The notes below the pieces were generated by a model. That model did no database searches. It had not been told where the DNA came from and saw nothing but the letters and a program-made list of their open reading frames with translations. Positions 1-8,238 of a stretch of DNA of 64,000 nt are shown here, in pieces. The stretch's first letter is position 1, and each line of letters opens with the position of its first letter. The translations under genes and the position numbers were made by a program. The DNA is from an uncultured Chloroflexia bacterium (GTDB taxonomy: Bacteria; Chloroflexota; Limnocylindria; Limnocylindrales; CSP1-4): contig CAVPHB010000001.1 in assembly GCA_963704145.1 (NCBI GenBank), positions 91,212-155,211 of the forward strand, given 5' to 3'.

Positions 1-1
1 G

Positions 2-247
2 CGCCTGGGCCTGGCGCGGCTCGACTTCACCCAGAACGCGGTCAACAAGACGCTCGTCGCGCCGTACGCCGTGCGGCCCGTGGGCAACGCCGCAGTCTCG
101 ACACCGATCGAGTGGGACGAGCTGGACGACCCCGAGCTGCGCCCCGACCGCTGGAACATCCGGACCGTCCTGGCGCGCATCGCCGAGCGCGGCGATCTCT
201 TCGCACCGGCGCTCGAGCTTGAGCAGGAACTGCCCGAGATCGGGTGA
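2..247 (+). CDS. 3' end of a LigD-type polymerase/primase (NHEJ) domain protein, 5'-truncated by the window edge
   Basis: Frame 2 reads ...RLDFTQNAVNKTLVAPYAVRP..AVSTPIEWDELDDPELRPDRWNIRTVLARIAERGDLF.. and stops at TGA 245-247. This matches the conserved C-terminal block of LigD polymerase domains as I recall it (QN..KT..APYS.R ... W.EL.DP ... GDL). Confidence 0.55.
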   Translation, partial: RLGLARLDFTQNAVNKTLVAPYAVRPVGNAAVSTPIEWDELDDPELRPDRWNIRTVLARIAERGDLFAPALELEQELPEIG

Positions 248-531
248 CCCGACGGCGCCGCGTGTGCTGCCCACAGCACATACCGGCCACACAGCGGCCG
301 AATGTCAGGCTGGCCGCACCAACCAGCCACGCTGGTAGGCTCCCGCCTGGCCGTTCGGCGTGCGCCGGTGCACATACAGCGACTCAACGGCCGTTAGGTG
401 CGCCAGCGCGCACATCTGACGCCACGCCGACGGTGAGGTCGAAGATCATCACACCCAGCCAGAAGTTGCGAAACGACGCGCCGGAGGAGCGGAGGGAGCA
501 GCCGGACCCCTTTGGTAGACTCGGCGGCCAC

Positions 532-606
532 TGGCGAGTGGCCAAACGGTAAGGCACCTGGCTCTGGATCAGGGGATTGAAGGTTCGAATCCTTCCTCGC
601 CAGCCA
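532..606 (+). tRNA. tRNA-Gln (anticodon CUG), 75 nt, CCA encoded
   Basis: Cloverleaf folded by hand. Acceptor TGGCGAG/CTCGCCA, anticodon stem CCTGG/TCAGG, loop CTCTGGA (anticodon CTG), T-arm GAAGG-TTCGAAT-CCTTC. U1-A72, G2-C71, G3-C70 and G73 are present. Confidence 0.9.
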
Positions 607-646
607 ACCTCCCCAATCATCCGTCAATCCGGGTACGCTCGCGCCC

Positions 647-2344
647 GTGAGCAGCGCACCACCGGCCCGCCCGGATAGAGCCGACTTCATTCGCGAGATC
701 GTGTCCGCCGACGTCCGCGACGGCCGGCACACGACGATCGTCACGCGGTTCCCGCCCGAGCCGAACGGCTATCTCCACATCGGCCACGCCAAGTCGATCT
801 GTCTCAACTTCGGCATCGCCGCCGAGTTCGGCGGCCGCTGCCACCTGCGCTTCGACGACACCAACCCGGAGAAAGAAGAGCAGGAGTACCTCGACGCGAT
901 CGCGGCGGACGTGCGCTGGTTGGGGTTCGACTGGGGCGAGCACCTCTACCACGCGTCTGACTACTTCGATCAGCTGTATGCCTGGGCGGTCCACCTGATC
1001 GAGGCCGGCAAGGCGTACGTGGACGACCTGTCGGCGGACCAGATCCGCGAGCACCGCGGCACGCTCACCGAGCCCGGCCGGAACAGCCCCTGGCGCGACC
1101 GCCCGGTCGAGGAGAGCCTGGACCTGTTCGAGCGCATGCGCGCTGGCGAGCTCCCCAACGGAGCGCGCGTGCTGCGCGCCCGGATCGACATGGCTTCGCC
1201 GAACATCAACCTGCGCGATCCAATCCTGTACCGCATCGTGCACGCGTCCCATCCGCGGACCGGCAAGGCGTGGTGCATCTACCCGACCTACGACTTCGCG
1301 CACGGCCAGTCGGACGCCATCGAAGGCATCACCCACTCGCTCTGCACGCTCGAGTTCGAGGCCCACCGACCGCTCTACGACTGGTTGATCGACAGCCTGC
1401 CCGTGCCCTCGCGTCCGCGCCAGATCGAGTTCGCGCGCCTGGCCCTGACCCACACGGTCCTCTCCAAGCGCGTGCTGCTGAAGCTGGTCAACGAGGGCCA
1501 CGTGCACGGCTGGGACGACCCGCGCATGCCGACGATCTCGGGCATGCGCCGGCGCGGCTTTCCGGCCGAGGGCATCCGCGATTTCGCCACGATCGTGGGC
1601 GTCGCCAAGGCGGACAGCGTCGCCGAGATCGGCCAGCTCGAGTACGCCGTGCGCAGCGTTCTCAACCGGACCGCGCCCCGTCGCTTCGCCGTCCTGGACC
1701 CGCTCAAACTGGTCATCGAGAACTACCCCGAGGGGCAGGCCGAGGAAATCGACGTGCCCAACAACCCCGAAGACCCGGCCGCCGGCAGCCGTCCGGTCAC
1801 CTTCTCGCGCGAGCTGTGGATCGAGCGCGACGACTTCATGGAAGAGCCGGCGCCCAAGTTCTTCCGCCTCGCTCCCGGGCGCGAGGTTCGCCTGCGCGCG
1901 GCGTACTTCATAACCTGCCGCGAGGTCGTCAAGGACGCCGCAGGCAACATCGTCGAGCTGCGCTGCACGTACGACCCGGCTACGCGCGGTGGCGATGCGC
2001 CCGACGGCCGGCGGCCCAAGGCGACGCTCCATTGGCTCTCGACCACACACGCGCTGCCGGCAACGGTTCGCCTCTACCACCACCTCTTCAGCAAGCCAAA
2101 CCCGGGCGCCGATGGTGACCTCATCGCCGACCTCAACCCAAGCTCCGAGACCGTGCTCGAGGAGGCGCTCGTGGAACGCAGCCTCGCCGATGCGCCCGCA
2201 GGCACGACGGTCCAATTCGAGCGGCTGGGGTATTTCACCGTGGACCCGGACTCGACGCCCGGCCGGCTCGTCTTCAATCGCACCGTCACGCTCAAAGACA
2301 CGTGGGCGAAGCTCCAGGCGCAGGGACGACCGGCGAGCGGTTGA
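647..2344 (+). CDS. glnS: Glutaminyl-tRNA synthetase
   Basis: Intact 565-aa ORF with a GTG start. It carries the class I HIGH motif in the GlnRS context ([26 protein letters not shown]), a VLSKR (KMSKS-type) motif, and is collinear with GlnRS over its whole length. Confidence 0.95.
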   Translation: MSSAPPARPDRADFIREIVSADVRDGRHTTIVTRFPPEPNGYLHIGHAKSICLNFGIAAEFGGRCHLRFDDTNPEKEEQEYLDAIAADVRWLGFDWGEHLYHASDYFDQLYAWAVHLIEAGKAYVDDLSADQIREHRGTLTEPGRNSPWRDRPVEESLDLFERMRAGELPNGARVLRARIDMASPNINLRDPILYRIVHASHPRTGKAWCIYPTYDFAHGQSDAIEGITHSLCTLEFEAHRPLYDWLIDSLPVPSRPRQIEFARLALTHTVLSKRVLLKLVNEGHVHGWDDPRMPTISGMRRRGFPAEGIRDFATIVGVAKADSVAEIGQLEYAVRSVLNRTAPRRFAVLDPLKLVIENYPEGQAEEIDVPNNPEDPAAGSRPVTFSRELWIERDDFMEEPAPKFFRLAPGREVRLRAAYFITCREVVKDAAGNIVELRCTYDPATRGGDAPDGRRPKATLHWLSTTHALPATVRLYHHLFSKPNPGADGDLIADLNPSSETVLEEALVERSLADAPAGTTVQFERLGYFTVDPDSTPGRLVFNRTVTLKDTWAKLQAQGRPASG

Positions 2345-2390
2345 GGCGGGCGACATCGCCGACGTAGACTTGGCTCACTCCGTGCATCGC

Positions 2391-2465
2391 TGGCGAGTGG
2401 CCTAACGGTAAGGCACCTGACTCTGGATCAGGGGATTGAAGGTTCGAATCCTTCCTCGCCAGCCA
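2391..2465 (+). tRNA. tRNA-Gln (anticodon CUG), second copy, 75 nt, CCA encoded
   Basis: Identical to the 532-606 copy at 73 of 75 positions. The differences are at 2403 (T vs A, D-loop) and 2420 (A vs G, anticodon stem). It has the same CTG anticodon loop. Confidence 0.9.
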
Positions 2466-2652
2466 AGCCTCCGGTCTCGGCACGAACGCATCCCCTAACT
2501 GTATGTGGCGAACTCGACGCCACGGTGCGAGGGGTCCTTCTCGACGAGCTCTTGGGCGGACAGCCCCGTCCCGAAGAGTGCGGCTCCAGCCGCTACTGGG
2601 TCGTCACCGGTTTCGAACGGTTGTAGCCTCGACGTCGCCCAGGACGTATCCC

Positions 2653-2680
2653 AAAGGTCCGAATCCTTCCTGGCCAGCCA
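2653..2680 (+). pseudogene. Remnant of a tRNA-Gln 3' half (T-arm, acceptor 3' strand and CCA)
   Basis: AAAGGTCCGAATCCTTCCTGGCCAGCCA matches the last 28 nt of the tRNA-Gln genes at 25 of 28 positions. No matching 5' half lies upstream. Confidence 0.6.
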
Positions 2681-2926
2681 ACCCGCGTCGCCCTGTTTCT
2701 CGCGTGACTGCAGCCGGGATGGCGCTAAGCAAGCGATCGGGCGACGGCGTGGTCGAGGCGGCGACGTTTCACGCTCGTTCGCGCGCCCGCACGCTCGGAA
2801 GTCGGGGCCGAACCGGGGCAAGTCCCTACTTAACGCCACTCCCGGTGGAGTTGCGCAACTTCGGTATCAATAGCCCGCTTCATGCGCCATGATGCCCCGA
2901 AAGCCGAGCCCTGAGCGCAAGGAGTC

Positions 2927-3628
2927 ATGCCCATGGATCCCGCCCGACGCGGCACGGACAAGCCGCGCTTTGTCGCCTACGACCGTCCGCGGCTGCCGGC
3001 CGCCGACATGCGCGAGCGCGCGCGGGCGTTCCGGGCCGAGATGGCCGCCCGGCGGAGCGTGCGCGCCTTCGCGCCCGACCCGGTGCCGCGCGAGCTGATC
3101 GAGCAGGCGATCCTGACCGCCGCGTCCGCGCCGTCGGGCGCGCACCAGCAGCCGTGGACGTTCGTGGCCGTGTCTGACCGTGAAAAGAAGCACGAGATCC
3201 GGGTGGCGGCGGAGGCAGAGGAGCGGCGCAGCTACGAGGGCGGACGGATGCCGGCCGAGTGGCGGGCAGCCCTCGTTCCGCTGGGCACCGACTGGTCCAA
3301 GCCGTTCCTCGACGTCGCCCCCTGGCTGGTCGTGCTGTTCGAGCAAGTACACGGCTGGTTTCCCGATGGCAGCGTGCGCAAGCACTACTACACCCGCGAG
3401 AGCGTGGGCATCGCCTGCGGCCTGTTCATCGCGGCCATCCATCGCATGGGGCTGGTGACGCTGACCCACACTCCCTCGCCGATGGGCTTCCTGTCGCGCA
3501 CCCTGGGCCGGCCCAAGAACGAGCGCCCCTACGTGCTGCTGCCCGTCGGCTTCCCGGCCGAGGGCTGCACCGTGCCCGACCTGGTACGCAAGTCACTCGA
3601 TGAGGTTGCGATCTTCGTCGAGGGCTAG
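2927..3628 (+). CDS. Nitroreductase-superfamily flavoprotein, iodotyrosine deiodinase (IYD)-like
   Basis: Intact 233-aa ORF preceded by an AAGGAG RBS. RRSVRAF..PSGAHQQPWTFVAV..IR...EEEE..Y..RMP.EW...L..L.T.W.K..L..AP.L.V.FEQVHG...G...KHYY..ES.GIACG...AA....GL.T.T..P and the LLPVGFP..CTVPDL.RK.L ending are collinear with animal IYD as I remember it. Confidence 0.8.
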   Translation: MPMDPARRGTDKPRFVAYDRPRLPAADMRERARAFRAEMAARRSVRAFAPDPVPRELIEQAILTAASAPSGAHQQPWTFVAVSDREKKHEIRVAAEAEERRSYEGGRMPAEWRAALVPLGTDWSKPFLDVAPWLVVLFEQVHGWFPDGSVRKHYYTRESVGIACGLFIAAIHRMGLVTLTHTPSPMGFLSRTLGRPKNERPYVLLPVGFPAEGCTVPDLVRKSLDEVAIFVEG

Positions 3629-3659
3629 CGTGGACGTCCGGGCCCAGCCGGACGCCACG
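3629..3659. terminator. GC-rich hairpin between convergent genes (possible bidirectional terminator)
   Basis: CGTGG-A-CGTCCGG / loop GCCCAG / CCGGACG-CCACG gives 12 bp with one bulge. It lies directly after the stop at 3628. There is no clear U-tract. A second 6-bp hairpin (GCGCTT-TCGG-AAGCGC, 3688-3703) lies next to the tdk stop. Confidence 0.45.
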
Positions 3660-3711
3660 TCCCACCACCCGTGAATGTCAGGCCTAGGCGCTTTCGGAAG
3701 CGCTACGAAGG

Positions 3712-4329
3712 CTACCCGCCGCGCTCGACGTAGCAGCGCCGACAGCGCGCCTCGTATGCCTCGACGTGGGCCACACCGTCGCCATCCATGCCGCCGATGA
3801 CGACCAGCGGCGCATCCGGATCCGTGACGGGCACACCGTCGATCAGTCGCTGCGTCCGCGTCGCTTGCTCGGAACCGCAGACGTGGCAGATCGCGGTCAG
3901 CTTGCGCACCTCGTCGGCGATCGCGAGCAGTGCCGGCATCGGCCCGAAGGGCCGTCCGGCGAAATCGGTGTCGAGGCCGGACACGATGACCCCGCGTCCC
4001 TCCGCGGCGAGCCGGGCGAGCACATTGGCCAGTCCCGCGTCGAAGAACTGGGCCTCCTCGATGGCGACCACCTGGGCCCTGCCCGCGGCGACGATTGCCG
4101 GGATCTCGGCCGAGCTGGCCACGGCGGTGGCGTTCCAGGTGGCGTTGCTGCGGCTTCTGATCTCACCGCCGCCGATGCGGTCGTTGACCGCGTGGTCGAA
4201 GACGATCACCCGCCGGCCGGCGATCTCCGCGCGGCGCACCAGGCGCAGCAGCTCATCGGTCTTGCCCGAGTACATGCAGCCGGCGATGACCGTGATCCAG
4301 CCACCCTGCGAAAACATGGCGGTCCTCAC
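3712..4329 (-). CDS. tdk: Thymidine kinase
   Basis: 205-aa ORF with the P-loop context VIAGCMYSGKTDELLR, FD.A...EEAQFF, and C-terminal zinc-ribbon cysteines (CHVCGS...CRRCY). Confidence 0.9.
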   Translation of the reverse strand: MRTAMFSQGGWITVIAGCMYSGKTDELLRLVRRAEIAGRRVIVFDHAVNDRIGGGEIRSRSNATWNATAVASSAEIPAIVAAGRAQVVAIEEAQFFDAGLANVLARLAAEGRGVIVSGLDTDFAGRPFGPMPALLAIADEVRKLTAICHVCGSEQATRTQRLIDGVPVTDPDAPLVVIGGMDGDGVAHVEAYEARCRRCYVERGG

Positions 4330-4460
4330 TCGCTGAAAGGGGCGGTAGTGCGGGCGGCGACGGACCGGCGCGAGATGGCGGCGGTCAGAGGCTCAATGTC
4401 GCCCTTCGGTTCGCCCGCGTCAAGCGCGGCCCTCCCGGACCTGCGGGGCCGGATCGCCGG

Positions 4461-4832
4461 TCACATCGGCATCGGGCTCATCAGCTGGAAGTAGTTGCCG
4501 TCCGGATCTGTGAACGTGGCGATCCAGGCGTCGGGCGCTCCCTCGAGCGCTCCATCGGGCTGGTACGGCTCCCGGACGACTGCCGCTCCGGCAGCCCTGA
4601 GCCGGTCGAAGTCGGCCTGCACGTCGGCGCTCTCGATGTTCCAGATGATCCGGCCCGGCTGCGCGTTCGGTCCGTGGACCTGGTCGTGCGGCCCGACGGT
4701 GACAAGGCCGGTCCCGAGCTGCCAGCCGGTGTAGCCGCCCTCGGCCCAGCCCGGCTCGCCGAAGAGCCGGCTGTAGTAGTCGGCCAGGCGCTGCGGATCG
4801 TCCGAGCCGATGAGGATGCTGTTGAGGTTCAT
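4461..4832 (-). CDS. VOC / glyoxalase-bleomycin-resistance family protein
   Basis: The ORF track gives 4461..4892. I prefer the ATG at 4832 (MNLNSILIGSDDPQRLADYY...), which is preceded by GGAG. The fold-typical pattern is present (…W.IESADVQADFDRLRAAGAAVV.EP…DPDGNYFQL). Confidence 0.7.
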   Translation of the reverse strand: MNLNSILIGSDDPQRLADYYSRLFGEPGWAEGGYTGWQLGTGLVTVGPHDQVHGPNAQPGRIIWNIESADVQADFDRLRAAGAAVVREPYQPDGALEGAPDAWIATFTDPDGNYFQLMSPMPM

Positions 4833-5067
4833 AGGGTCTCCTGGTGGTCCGCGACGGTTAGGGCTGGACCATAGCCTGGCCATCGCCTGCACGCATAGGT
4901 CGCCGAGTCACGCGGCCTTCGGAGAATCAGTCTGTGTCAGAAGTCGCTGTCTGGGACCTGATCGCGCGCGCCGAGCCGCACCTTGTGTCAGGAGTACGGC
5001 TTGAGCGACGTGTGGCGCGAGATAGCGCGGGTCGGGCGGAATGAGGTTGCTTCAGCGGACAATTGGC

Positions 5068-5122
5068 GCGAAAGGCGTTGCGGCAACAGGCGAAAGGCGT
5101 TGCGGCAACAGGCGAACGGCGT
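5068..5122. repeat. Tandem 22-bp direct repeat (2.5 copies), each full unit containing the palindrome GTTGC-G-GCAAC
   Basis: GCGAAAGGCGTTGCGGCAACAG occurs at 5068-5089 and identically at 5090-5111, with a partial GCGAACGGCGT at 5112-5122. It sits in the 388-bp noncoding gap upstream of the VOC gene (minus strand). Confidence 0.85.
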
Positions 5123-5220
5123 ATCACCGCGAGTCTGACTGACCGACGCGCTCCTGGCCCGTACGCAGGTCCTGAGCTGTCAACAACGTGTCCGGGTAGC
5201 ACGGGCGAGTCAACCCGCCC

Positions 5221-5694
5221 TCAGACCGCCTGCGCCGCACTGGTGAGCAGCAGCACGACGGCGCCCAGCACGACCATGCCCCAGCACGCCATGCGCAGCA
5301 GGCGGAACCGACCCGCGAGCCAGGCCGCGTCAGTGTCGACCGCCAGGTCTGGCACGAGGATGCGGTCGATGACGATCCCGAGCCCCACCAGCCCGACGAC
5401 CACGAGATGCTTGACGAGGATGAGGGCGCCCCACGCCGAGCCGGCGATCGCGCCGAGGCCGCCATACGAGGCATCCACGACCATCAGGTAGATGCCGCTG
5501 AAGGTCATTACGCCGATCGACGCCAGGATCCACGGTATCGCCCGCCTTTCGAACGCGACGAGGAGCGGTCCGGCCGCGACGCGACTGTCCGAGAGCGACG
5601 GCAGCACGACCAGCGCGAGGGTGGCGTAGTAGCCCAGCAGCACCACGACCGAGAGCGAGTGGAGCCAGGCGGCTCCGAGATCCACGAGGCTCAC
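5221..5694 (-). CDS. Hypothetical integral membrane protein (4-5 predicted TM helices; possibly CopD-like)
   Basis: Intact 157-aa ORF, strongly hydrophobic throughout (…LHSLSVVVLLGYYATLALVVLPSL…VVVGLVGLGIVI…). The family assignment is not secure. Confidence 0.5.
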   Translation of the reverse strand: MSLVDLGAAWLHSLSVVVLLGYYATLALVVLPSLSDSRVAAGPLLVAFERRAIPWILASIGVMTFSGIYLMVVDASYGGLGAIAGSAWGALILVKHLVVVGLVGLGIVIDRILVPDLAVDTDAAWLAGRFRLLRMACWGMVVLGAVVLLLTSAAQAV

Positions 5695-5926
5695 GTTGAC
5701 CTCCTTCAGAGCGAGGCGACTGGCGGCTGAACTGGCCGGGGCGTCCGGGCCAGCAAGCGACCTGGATATGATGCCCGATGGCGCCTGTCACGCTCGCGGT
5801 TGACGGCCCGCTGGCGTGGAGTACGCTTCCCGGCCACAAGCCTGTTCAGCCCGAGCCGCGCGGCGCCGTTGCGCGATCAGCCGGGAGACAGGTTTGCGGG
5901 TGCCGGTGAATTGGCGCGGGAGCGGA

Positions 5927-8182
5927 ATGTCCGTCCGGATACGGGTGTCGCGCCACCGGCCGACGCGTCTGCTCGTGTCGCTCGCGTCAATGGTCTTCCT
6001 GCTCGCATCGTGTGCCGCCCCGGCCCTGACTCCGCCGCCGGGCAGCGGCGCTCCCCCCGGCAGCACCTCGCCGCTCGAGACTCCGGCAGCCTCAGTGCCG
6101 CTCGTGGACGCGACGCCCACGATGCTCGACAAGATCGCCGCCGCTGAACTGGCCGGCACGCTCGACCACGACACCGCCCTGTTGTACGAGGTATACGCGG
6201 CGCTCGATGCGCGCAGCCTGCCGGCCGAGTATCAGAGCGGCGCCGCGCAGACGGCCGAGGCGACCGGCGCGCTGGCCGAACTCGTCGGCCGGCTCGACCA
6301 ACTGACCCCCGAGCTGCAGGCGAAGGTCGGTCCGTTCCTTCGGCGACCGACCGAAGCGGACAGCTTCTGGGCGTTACGCCAGCTGGCAGGCGGTCAGGCG
6401 GCCGCGCCGCTTGGGCTGGCCGTGGCCGCGCCCGACTTCGCCATCGAGTACGACTTCGTCGATGTCGTGTCGCCCACGCCCATCCGCGTGTGGTACGCCA
6501 CCGCCCTGGGCGACACGGAGCGCCAGGCAGCGCAGCGCCTGGCAACGGAGATCGACGCCAGCGACATGTGGGGCAAGGAGACCGAGGCGATGGTCGGCCG
6601 CCAGCCGTGCAGCGATCTAGAGCAGGAGGCACCGCGCAACGGCGGCAGCGCGGCGCTCGATGTCTACCTCATCTACCCGCTGACCGGCCTTGATTGGTAT
6701 GGACGGAACACCGGTCTCCAGAACGCAGATGATCCAGCGAAGTCGAACATGGGCGTGACCGTCGCGGCGCAGTCCGGCACCGGCTGCGCGTGGATCACCT
6801 ATATCGCGCTCAACGCCCGGCTGGGCTGGGATGACCTGCGCGCGACGATGGCCCACGAGCTGTTCCATGCGTTCCAGCTCAGCTTCAGGAGCTCCGAGCA
6901 AGCCGATCGCAAGTGGTGGAAGGAAGCGACCGCCACCTGGGTCGAAGACCTCGTCTATCCCGCTCTGAACACCGAGCAGGGCTACCTCGAGCAGTACTGG
7001 TCGCACGCCCTCGGGCCCAACGGCCCGCTCGACAGCACCGACAAGACCGCGGAGTACGCCGCCTACCTATGGCCGTTCTACGCCAGGCAGTCCGCGGGCG
7101 GGGACGAGGGCGTAATCGGTCGCCTGTGGGAGGAGATGCAGGGAGCCAAGTCGCCACTCGAGGTGCTTCGCGACAGCCCAGGCTGGACGGCCGGGTTCAA
7201 GGAGTTCGCACTCTGGAACTGGAACAAGGACCCGCTATTGGACTACCGCGACAGCGGGCAGCCAATCCCGGAGTCGGTGCTCGGTCAGAACGCCGGCTGT
7301 CTCAAGGAGAACTGCATCGTCCCACTCGGCAAGCAGGACCTGTACATCGACCTTGAGCACGCGTCGGTCGTCTACTACCAGGGCACGCCCGAGATCACCG
7401 TCGAACAGCTGCGCTTTGATCTGGCCGACCTGAGGGGCAAGCCGGGCGCCGGCCTGCAGGCGATCATCACCATCGGTCAGCCAGGCCCCGGGGCCGAGAC
7501 GCGGACGGAGGACTGGACGGATCTCGACAAGCGAGTCTTCTGCATCGCCCGCGAAGACGTGCGCGAGATCGTGCTCGTCGTTTCCAACAGCGGCATCGAT
7601 GCGGACCAGAAGCTGCAGGGCAAGATCGCCATCGAGGCGCTGGCCGCCCACTGCGGCGGCGGGCTGGCTACCTTCAGCCGGACTCAGACCTCATCGCACG
7701 CCGCCGTGGCCCAATGCGGCGTGTCCTCGTCGTACGAAGAAACCGCCACCCTGACGATGGTGGTGACGTTCGCTGCAGACGGCACGGGCACAGCCACGCT
7801 CAACGCGGAGCGCAATTCGACCGAGGTCTCGCAGGACGTCCTGTGCGGCGACGGCAGCGTCCACACCAAGACCGTTTCGGAGCGCATCTCGGGCACCAAA
7901 CCCACTGATGTCACCTGGAACATCACCGACGACGGTGTGATCGACTTCTACGCCGGCTGGGACTTCGTCACCGGCGGCACCACCGTGACCACGACGAGCT
8001 GCACGGCGCCCGCCTCATGCGACGGCACAACGACCGAGGAGTACGTCCTCGAGTACGACGCGCTGTACTTCACCGCCGCGGGCGATCCCTCCAGGTCGGT
8101 CATTACCGGCACGATGACCGAGGATGACTCGGGCGACGGCTATACCGATGTGATCATCTACACCTGGACGCTGGAGCGCTAG
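5927..8182 (+). CDS. Large secreted lipoprotein with a single HEXXH zinc-metalloprotease motif
   Basis: The ORF track gives 5816..8182. I prefer the ATG at 5927 (MSVRIRVSRHRPTRLLVSLASMVFLLASCAAP, lipobox LLASC) with an upstream GGGAG. It carries the motif TMAHELFHAFQ and a Thr/Gly-rich C-terminal region with paired cysteines. Confidence 0.65.
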   Translation: MSVRIRVSRHRPTRLLVSLASMVFLLASCAAPALTPPPGSGAPPGSTSPLETPAASVPLVDATPTMLDKIAAAELAGTLDHDTALLYEVYAALDARSLPAEYQSGAAQTAEATGALAELVGRLDQLTPELQAKVGPFLRRPTEADSFWALRQLAGGQAAAPLGLAVAAPDFAIEYDFVDVVSPTPIRVWYATALGDTERQAAQRLATEIDASDMWGKETEAMVGRQPCSDLEQEAPRNGGSAALDVYLIYPLTGLDWYGRNTGLQNADDPAKSNMGVTVAAQSGTGCAWITYIALNARLGWDDLRATMAHELFHAFQLSFRSSEQADRKWWKEATATWVEDLVYPALNTEQGYLEQYWSHALGPNGPLDSTDKTAEYAAYLWPFYARQSAGGDEGVIGRLWEEMQGAKSPLEVLRDSPGWTAGFKEFALWNWNKDPLLDYRDSGQPIPESVLGQNAGCLKENCIVPLGKQDLYIDLEHASVVYYQGTPEITVEQLRFDLADLRGKPGAGLQAIITIGQPGPGAETRTEDWTDLDKRVFCIAREDVREIVLVVSNSGIDADQKLQGKIAIEALAAHCGGGLATFSRTQTSSHAAVAQCGVSSSYEETATLTMVVTFAADGTGTATLNAERNSTEVSQDVLCGDGSVHTKTVSERISGTKPTDVTWNITDDGVIDFYAGWDFVTGGTTVTTTSCTAPASCDGTTTEEYVLEYDALYFTAAGDPSRSVITGTMTEDDSGDGYTDVIIYTWTLER

Positions 8183-8238
8183 CTCTCGTCGCGCGGACCG
8201 CGGCGTCACCTCGGCCAGCCCGACGGTGCCCTTAGCAC

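Noticed and set aside
617-2356. 579-aa ORF on the minus strand covering all of glnS
   Set aside because: It is antisense to a clearly genuine GlnRS gene. The product is Arg/Ala/Gly-rich with no recognisable motif. Long shadow ORFs like this are expected in GC-rich DNA.
2466-2926. Integrated mobile element or genomic island at tRNA-Gln, suggested by the tRNA 3' remnant
   Set aside because: Only ~190 bp separate the intact tRNA from the remnant. No integrase, excisionase or other mobile-element gene is present here or nearby. At most this is an old scar, which I kept as part of the glnS-cassette finding.
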